Source of the DNA: Macrostomum lignano
Taxonomy: Eukaryota
NCBI GenBank assembly: GCA_002269645.1
Contig: NIVC01000165.1
Span: 1 to 39,340, forward strand
Direction: 5' to 3'
DNA: 39,340 nt
The notes under the pieces were generated by a model, which saw only the letters and a list, made by a program, of their open reading frames with translations, had not been told where the DNA came from and searched no databases. The translations under genes were made by a program, and so were the position numbers. Positions within the stretch are counted from its first letter, which is position 1. Every line of letters begins with the position of its first letter. Below are positions 1-9,200 of this stretch, piece after piece.

Positions 1-90
1 AGAGAGGAGAGGAGGGAGAGGAGGAGAGAGGAGAGATAAGAGAAGATAGAGGAGAGCAGAGGAGATTGTAGAGAAGAGTTGCAGAAGAGA
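1..90. repeat. GA-rich low-complexity tract
   Basis: AGAGAGGAGAGG... purine-only run at the window edge. Confidence 0.85.
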
Positions 91-289
91 CTCAAACCCT
101 GAGCAGGCGGGATTGCACTGTGAAGTTTCAAAGGACCTGAGGGCTGGATAGAGGTGGGCCGCACGGGGCGCGCAGGCCGAACTTTCCGACCCTGTCTAAA
201 CCATTATCTTTTCACTGAATAGATTGCGAGTGTTTCAAATGCGTTTTAGCAAATTATAAAAGCAAACAATTAAAATTGAAAGCGCGACA

Positions 290-3200
290 TCAAAGCCAGG
301 CACCAACATCAATAGGCAGTTTACAGCCGCTGCCGCCATTTTGGCACTGGCGTACAGCTTGATTTAGCAAATCCATCAGCAGGTCAGACCACTGTTTGAA
401 CTGATCCATGCTATTACTATTAGTAATATCGATATCCGCAGGTCTGTCATCTGTTGGAGCCAGCGAACTTCCACGAAGTAGATAGACAGAGGCCAGGTAG
501 CTGCTGCGGTGAAACATTGGGGCTTTGGTTAACTAACAGTTGTTTTAATGCATGCATGCAAACAAGCTACTTTCAATTCAGTAGTATTCACTGCCAATTG
601 TTTCAAGCGTGAAACGACTGCCAATGACTTAGGTTAGGCGGGGTACGGCTTAGATTTAGGTTATGGTTTTGGTTAGGGTTAATGTTCAGGTTTCGGTATA
701 GGTTATGGTTAAGGTTTAGGTTAAGTTTAGACCTAGGCGTTATGATTTAGGCTTAGAGTAGGGTTTAGGTTGGGTAAATGTTCAATTTCAGGCTTAGGTT
801 TACGTTACTGTTTAGAGATTTAGGTTTCCATAATTTCCACCCTTGCTAAACATTAAAAATGTCCTGTCTAATTCAGTGTTTAAACGCGGTTTTTATCCCA
901 TGCACTTGCGACCACCAATGATATGTGAAACACCTATGCAAATTTGGGACTATAGAATTGAGTAAGATGCTCTGCTCTCTCTCTCGCCCTCAAATGTCAC
1001 TGACAGTCAAACCTCACTGACAGTCAAATCTCACTGACAGTCAAATGTCACTGACAGTCAAATCTCACTGACAGTCAAATCTCACTGACAGTCAAATCTC
1101 ACTGACAGTCAAATCTCACTGACAGTCAAAGTCACTGACAGTCAAATGTCACTGACAGTCAAATGTCACTGACAGTCAAATCTCACTGACAGTCAAATCT
1201 CACTGACAGTCAAATGTCACTGACAGTCAAATCTCACTGACAGTCAAATGTCACTGACAGTCAAATGTCACTGACAGTCAAATGTCACTGGCACAACCTA
1301 CTTATATATACTTATCAATCAATCAGTAGTCTTATCTACCTGCTTGGCAAACTGCCAATCAAACTGACTGTCTATAAGCTCCATGGCGCCACAGACTGCC
1401 AACGGTTGCTGGCGAACAGTTTCTGCAAGCGATTGATATAAAATAAATATAATAAAACTATGATTTTTAATAGCGAACTTCACTTTCTGATCGGCCCTAC
1501 CTGAAAGAACCTGCCAAACTGCTTAAGCGGAATTAGCCGGGCCAAACTGGGCAATGAATCGCAAATTTCTGCTTCGCTTAGTCCCGACATACTACTGCAG
1601 CCGTCCTCGCCAGCAGTAGTAACAGCAGGAGCATCGGCTTCTTCTGCAGCAGATGCTGTTAGACAGTACAGCAAGCTGTCGGGATTCAGTCGAGGCAGTT
1701 GATGCGAGCAGAGCCGACATAGCGTCGGTCCGTTGCTAGGCAACAGGGCGAGCAGGCGGATTAACAGATTGGCACTACTTGAGCTGGTCTCCCGGGCTAG
1801 CAGAGCTCTGAGCAGCTGCTCAAGACAGGGCCATACGGCCTTGGGAAAAGAGAAGCATTACGTTTAATTATTGGCGAATTCATATTTTGTGAATTTGACT
1901 CTTTTAGAAACCAGGTATCCTCACAGACTGATGACCAGGAAGGCAAAAATTCGCGCGCTTCAGAAGGCCGTCTCGGATGTAGCTGACGAGACTGGAGGAC
2001 TTCAGCAGCTGTTGGTTGATTCCAGTATATTTACGAGTATTAGCTTCATACAACTATTTGTTCTAGTATTACGTAGTATTTCTTTTAGCCCCCCATGTAC
2101 AATCGATGACTCATTCAATCTCTTATCTCCTCTGTCCCCCCCAATGTACACTCGATGACTCATTCAATCTCTTATCTCCTCTGTGCCTTCCTACCCCCAT
2201 GTACACTCGATGACTCATTCAATCTCTTATCTCCTCTGTCCCTCCCTGCCATCCCAATGTACACTCGATGACTCATTCAATCTCTTATCTCCTCTGTGCC
2301 TTCCTACCCCCATGTACACTCGATGACTCATTCAATCTCTTATCTCCTCTGTCCCTCCCTGCCATCCAATGCACACTTGATGACTCATTCAATCTCTTAT
2401 CTCCTGTCTCTTCCTGCCCCCAATGTACACTCGATGACTCATTCAATATCCAATCTTCTCTGTCCCTCCTTGCTCTCGCTCAATGTACTGTAAACTAAGA
2501 GAAGGCGAGAGTTAAGCGAGACCAAAAACACACGAAGTGGCTAAAGCCACGCGCAACGATTTATATATTTGCAATGTACATCAATCAATGTACATCGCGA
2601 TTATTTGCAGATGAATAACTCCGACCCAATAACAACCACACAACAGCGAAAACATTCACGCCTCTTACATCACTCCTTCCCTAAATTGAGGATAATAAAA
2701 AAACTGCGAAAAGACAAAAGAGGCAGTAAAACCATGAGAATTAAAAATGCACGAATAGCAAAAATGAACCAGTAAACTAGTTTTGCGCAGCATAAAAATC
2801 AGGCGGTCTTCGAGTCCTTGCAGAACGCCGAGGGCCGACTGCGGTCGGCTCATCCAGCAAGTCCGTCCAGGTCAGCCGCGATCGACAGCCGGGCTGGGCG
2901 GTCGGCCAGCCTCTGCAGCGGGCGGAGTCGGGGCGGACTGCCAGGAAGCGGGCTGCGGCCGCCTGCGCACGAACAGCTTGAGCCGGTCGTGATGCACCAC
3001 CGTGCTTCGTCTCCGGCCGGCGGGTTTTGAGATCCGGTAGGTGACGGGGCCCAGCCTCTCGAGCACGCGGTACGGTCCCAGCCACCGCCGACGAGAGCCT
3101 TGGACTGGCCCTTCAACACCGCCGGGTTGCTGAGCATCACCAGCTGCCCGACTTGGATCGGCGTGAAGTGCTGGCGCTTGTCGTACTGCTGCTTCCGTGA

Positions 3201-6200
3201 CCGCTGTGTCGACTGCAGGCGCTGCCGCACGAGCTGCAAGCCGGTGCGAGCGTCTGCCAGCGTATCCGTGACGAGCCTCCTTTCGCCGCCTGCAGGTAAA
3301 CTGAGCTCTGCCGGGATCCTGGGGTCACATCCGTGAAGCACTGCGTAGGGCGACCTCTTGGTGGTGCAGTGCGCTGAAGAGTTGTACGCCCAGATGACGT
3401 ACGGCAGGAAGTCCGCCCATTTGTTCTGCTGTTCCATGCAGTACGCCGCCAGCATGTCGCCTAATGTTCGGTTGAACCGCTCGACTGCAGGGTTGCCGCT
3501 GGGATGGAAGGGTGTCGTTCTTGTCTTGCGAATATCCAGCAGGCGGCACAGCTCTTGGAAGATGTCACTTTCAAACTGACGACCCTGATCGGAGTGGATG
3601 ACTTCGGGCGCTCCGTGGCGAAGAACGACACTCCTTAGCAGCGCATCCGCAACCGTCCGGGCCTCAATGTTGGACACCGCGGTCGCCTCAACCCACTTGG
3701 AAAACACGTCTGTGAAGCAGATGATGTACCTGAGGCCGGCTTCAGTCTCTGGGAGGGGCCCTTTGATGTCCACCTGCACCATCTCCCAAGGAGCTGATGG
3801 CACGGTGTTGATCTGCAGCGGTGCCCTCTGGTGCTGATGCGGTACCTTGCGACGCTGACACACTTCGCAGCTGCTCACCCAGTGCTGGACGTCGTCCTTT
3901 AGGCCGGGCCACCAATCTCTGCTGACGACTCTGGCCAGCGTCCTTTCGGTTCCGAGGTGCCCGCTTGCAGGATCGTCGTGCAGCAGCTGCAGCAGGTCCT
4001 GGCGAAGCTGCCGCGGGATGACGGGTTGGCCACTCGTCTTGAGGACGCCATCTTCACCAAGGTCCAGCTTCTCTGTCCTCACCAGGTGTTCTGCGTCATC
4101 TGCAGCCTTGCCACGTCTTGGCCTTTGTCCGAGGAGCACTTGTCGAGCCGCCGCTAGCACTGGGTCGTCAGCCTGCGCTACACGGATGTCGTCGTCCGAC
4201 CAGGCAGGGTGCAGCCGGGTCGCCGCTGCTCGGCTCAGTGCGTCCGCAACCACGTTTTCGCGACCAGGTCTGAAGAGCAGCTTGAAGTTGATCTCCTGCA
4301 GAAACGTAATCCATCTGGCTAGCCGGCCTTCTGGCTCATTGGTGTTGAGCAGCCCTTGCAACGGCTTGTGGTCGGTGAAGACGAGAATTTCGCCAGCGGA
4401 CGCCAAGTAGTTCCGGAAATGCTTCATCGCCCAGACCACCGCAAGAAGCTCTCTGTGGGTAGTCGAATAATTGCGCTCCGCTTTGTTTAGGACTCTCGAC
4501 GCGTAGGCTACCGGACACTCGGCATCTTCGTGGAGCTGGCTCAGGACGCCGGCGATGGCCACTCCGCTGCTGTCACAGCACAACCGGAATCCCTTGGAGA
4601 AGTCAGGCAGCTTCAGTACGGGTGGTGTCGACAGAGCTGACTTCAGCTTCCGCAGAGCGTCATCGCACTGAGTTGTCCATTGAAACTGTCGACTCTTCTG
4701 AGTCGCCTGATGAAGCGGATTAGCGATGCTGGCGAAGTGCGGAACGAAACGCCGGTAGAAGCCCAGCATGCCGACAAGCCGGCGAACATCCTCAGCGCAT
4801 TCGGGTATCGGGATGGACTGGATAGCGCTGACCTTGTCCTGAGTTGGTCGAATGCCTTCTGCCGAGATTTTGTGTCCTAGGTACTCAACCTCCTGGAAGC
4901 AGAAGTAGCTCTTGCGCTTGTTCAATTTGAGGCCGGCAGACTGCAGTCTTCCCAGGACCTGTTCCAGTGTTTCCGCATGCTTCTCGAAGGTCTGACTAAA
5001 CAGAATCAGATCGTCCATGTACGTGAGCACCTCTGTCCAGTTCAGGCCGGCCATCGTTAGGTCCATCAGGCGCTGAAAGGTTGCCGGGGCGTTGCAGAGG
5101 CCGAACCCGAGTTTCCTGTACTGCATCAGGTCCTGCGTGGTGTAGAAAGCGGTCTTCTCCCGGTCTTGCTCTCGCAGCTCAACCTGCAGGAACCCTTGGC
5201 GGAGGTCAAGAGTGCTGAACCAACTGCTTCCAGTGAGCGCGTCCAGCGCAGCAGACAGCGGAGGCAGCGGGTAGGCGTCCTTCACGGTGCACGAGTTGAG
5301 GGCTCTCCAGTCGGTGCAGATTCGAATCTCGTTTTTCTTTCGCACCACAAGCAGATTACTCGCCCATGGACTGCAGGACGGCTCGATAATCCCGTGACGC
5401 CGCATCTCGCTAATTTTCTCGTCCACTTGCTGCCGGTAATTCAGGGGAACGGTCCGTTGCCTATGCTTGATGGGGCGACTGCCGGGTTCCAGATTAATCT
5501 CGTGTTGCAGCAGGTGTGTTGTTCCCAGGTCAAACTCGTGCCTGGCGAATGCCTGCTCTGCCTGGCACAGCAAGGATTCGATGCGCTCGCGCTGCGACTC
5601 GCTCAGCTCCGGGTTGATGTTAAAGCCAGCTTCCTCTTCACCAGGTTCACCGTCTGCTCCGTTTACTTCTGCAGCGTCGAAGTTGCCGATTGCCTGGTTC
5701 TGGTAGAGCACCACCGGGTCGGCACTCACGTTGCAGACGCCCACTGGGAGATTTCCGTCTACGCTGGAGACCACCAGAGCCCTGTTTGGCAGCAGGCCAG
5801 TCTTGTCGATAAAATCTGAGCTGGGCTCGAATAGACCCTGCTCGACAGACGATGGCACTTTGGCTGGGATGATGACGCGGCTGCGGGCTGGAATGGACAC
5901 GGTGCTGGCAACTCTGGCAATCACGGCGGTGGGCACCACTCGGCAAGCCTGCGAGGAGCTCCTGTCCGGCAAGATCGAGATCCTGGTTGACCCCAGCTGG
6001 ACGGAAGACGCCGGGAGATTGACGCTAAAACTTGAGCACATTTTCCCGATGGCGTCCATACCGAGCACGCATTCCGGCTGAATCCCGGCAACCACCATTA
6101 CCTGGTGCTCCACGGATGGCAGTCCCTCTAGCTGTATCGCTAGCGTTGCACTCGCCGGAGACTCCAAGCGTCGACCATCGATTCCGACCGGAGTGCTGAT

Positions 6201-9200
6201 AGGAGGATGAAGCTGAGCATCGACTTCTAGAACTCGAAGCAGCGCAGCTGAAACTAAAGTTACCTGTGCGCCAGTGTCGAACAGCCACCTGCAGGGCCGG
6301 CCAGCAATGCTGCCGGGCAGAAATATTGAGACGGTTTGGGCCTTGCTAGGCAGGGCTGGTGATGGCCCGCGCTCACCAGTCCTCAGAAGTTTCCCGAAGC
6401 CGGAGTCGGGCAGACCTCGGCCCGGTGTCCTCTGCCTGAGCAGCGGCTGCACACAGACGGCACAGCTGGAGCGACTTGCTTGCCTGGACACTGAGCAGCG
6501 AAATGACCGGGCTGAGCGCAGTTGAAGCATTTTCCACGGGTGCTGCCTCTTCCACGAGCTGCATTCCTTCGCCCACCGCGCTGTCCTCCGCGGCTGCCAA
6601 TGGTGGCGACTGTCGCAGCCAGATCCGCCAACTGCTCTTGCATTTGCTCCAGCCGGTCAGTCACTTGGCTGCTCACCGATGTCACTGCGACGCTTACCGG
6701 GGCTCCTTTGCTGCCGATGCTCTCCAGCGCTGTGGCGCGGTCTGCCAGCTGTTCAGGACTGCTGCTGTCATAATCCGAAGCTTTCAACAGAGCCTCACGG
6801 ATCTCTGTCGGCAGCAGAGCTAGCAGTCGGTGTCGCACTTCGCAATCTCTCACCGTTTGAGCGTGCTCCGGGCGTGCCTTTCGGTACAGAAGCTTGAGTG
6901 CGTAGCACAGCTCCCTCAGCGACTCTCCTTGGCGTCGCTTCCGGCTCTCGAACTCAGACATAGCGCGAAAAGTGTTATCCTTGCCTCTGTAGAACTTGAC
7001 GAGTTCGTCCTTTAAGATCTTGTAGCTGCTCTGTTTGGCCGCTGGCAGGTCCCAGACGAACACGAGGGCTTCACCTGAAAGAAGCAGCTTGATCTTGGAT
7101 GCCATCTTGGTGTCGTTCCACTCAGAATCTGCTGCAAAGTCCTCAAACATCTGCAGCCACATGTTGATATCGGTATCGTCAGAGCCAGAAAACTTTGGCG
7201 GTAAAAGTGCATTTGCGTGCGCCATGAGTGAGCCGGTTTGCAACTGAGGCCGCTGCCACCAATGTAAACTAAGAGAAGGCGAGAGTTAAGCGAGACCAAA
7301 AACACACGAAGTGGCTAAAGCCACGCGCAACGATTTATATATTTGCAATGTACATCAATCAATGTACATCGCGATTATTTGCAGATGAATAACTCCGACC
7401 CAATAACAACCACACAACAGCGAAAACATTCACGCCTCTTACAGTACACTCAATCGACATATTATCTTTAACTCCTCTCAACCCCCTGCCTAACCCAGAT
7501 GCATACTCACCTTAGCTGCATCCAAGCTCACCGCAGGAAGCAAAACTTCTAAATCGGGATTTAGAAATTCCAGCATTAGCCGGGCTCCAATGCAATCCTC
7601 GGGTTGATCTCTAAATCGAAAAAAAAACATTATTTAATAATCAGTTACTAGAAACAAAAATATAAGTTTAATGGAATTAAAATCCCAAACAAATTTATTC
7701 AAAACATTGGCACACTCGATAAGTTCGGCGCAAAACTCAAGAATTTTTTGCTTCTGCAACTGGCTGGCATTCTGGGCGCTTTCAGAAGTCTGCAAGATGA
7801 ACGCGGCTTCTCGGGCCAAGTGCTGGCAGATGTCTTCGCTGTCCTGCTTGAATTCCAGGCACTTGTCAATCTGCAGTGCAAATTTAGTACAGTAGTATAT
7901 CGTAATTTATTAGGTTATAAGTATATTATTTGGATTTCTCTATCAACCGCCCGTTATTTCTAGTTATCCACCAACTTTCCCAAGTTATCCGCCCCCCTTT
8001 TTAAAGTTATCCGCCCCATTTCTCAGGTTATCCGCCAATTTTCCCAAGTTATCCGCCGCCTTTCCGAAGTTATCCGCCAACTTTCTCAGGTTATCCGCCA
8101 ATTTTCCCAAATTATCCGCCGCCTTTCCGAAGTTATCCGCTCCGGCTCCCATTCCCAAGTTATCCGCCGCCTTTCCCAAGTTATCCGCTCCGGCTCCCAT
8201 TCCCAAGTTATCCGCCGCCTTTCCCAAGTTATCCGCTCCCATTCCCAAGTTATCCGCCAATTTCCCAAGTTATCCGCCAACTTTCACAAGTTATCCGCTC
8301 CCATTCCCAAGTTATCCGCCAATTTCCCAAGTTATCCGCCAACTTTCACAAGTTATCCGGTTATCTGTCCAACTTTCTAGTTATTAAAAAAACTACTTAA
8401 TGCAAATTACAACTTTATTTTCTCAGAATCCAACCTTATTCACCCATTCTCCCAGCAAAGCTCTCACAAGGTCTTCCACTAGATTACCGGCGGACTCAAA
8501 CACCAGGGTGTACAAGGTGCTCAACGGCCGGCCGCCACCAGCTGTCGCCTCTTCGTCAGCGTCGGCAGCAGAGGACACCAGCAGCAGGCCGCGGTCGTGA
8601 GCTGCAACCGCAAAAATTCCAGGAAACATCTGCGACCCTATGAGCAGATTCGGCACGGCAGTTGATAACGGACCGGAGTCTGAGACCGACTCGGAAATGA
8701 CAGAAGACAGACGGCACAGGGGCTGGTGTGTCGTGTACGATTCCACTAAGTCTGTGGACATTGTGTGCAGCAGTCCGTCTGCGCCTATCACAGCCTGTCA
8801 ATTTGATTATAGATAAGAATCATGACTGACACTGTCTGACCAATATGGATAGTCTATGACTGACACTGTCTGACCAATATGGATAGTCTATGACTGACAC
8901 TGTCTGACCAATATGGATAGTCTATGACTGACACTGTCTGACCAATATGGATAGTCTATGACTGACACTGTCTGACCAATATGGATAGTCTATGACTGAC
9001 ACTGTCTGACCAATATGGATAGTCTATGACTGACACTGTCTGACCAATATGGATAGTCTATGACTGACAGTGTCTGACCAATATGGATAGTCTATGACTG
9101 ACACTGTCTGACCAATATGGATAGTCTATGACTGACACTGTCTGACCAATATGGATAGTCTATGACTGACACTGTCTGACCAACAAATGCTAATTTTAAT

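Larger units (their letters stand above)
2489..7443 (-). mobile_element. Ty3/Gypsy LTR retrotransposon, 4955 bp, near full length, in HPS3 intron 8
   Basis: Two 181-bp TG...CA LTRs (2489-2669, 7263-7443) that I read as identical; 4-bp target duplication GTAC at 2485-2488 and 7444-7447; gag followed by pol in PR-RT-RNaseH-IN order, which is diagnostic of Ty3/Gypsy. Confidence 0.97.

Noticed and set aside
160-200. Possible hAT/Charlie-type terminus (reverse complement CAGGGTCGGAAAGTTCGGCCTGCGCG)
   Set aside because: Only one end is visible; no partner TIR or TSD in the window.
3100-6900. Many plus-strand ORFs antisense to gag and pol (e.g. 5166-5819, 217 aa)
   Set aside because: Expected shadow ORFs of GC-rich coding sequence; no recognisable motifs.
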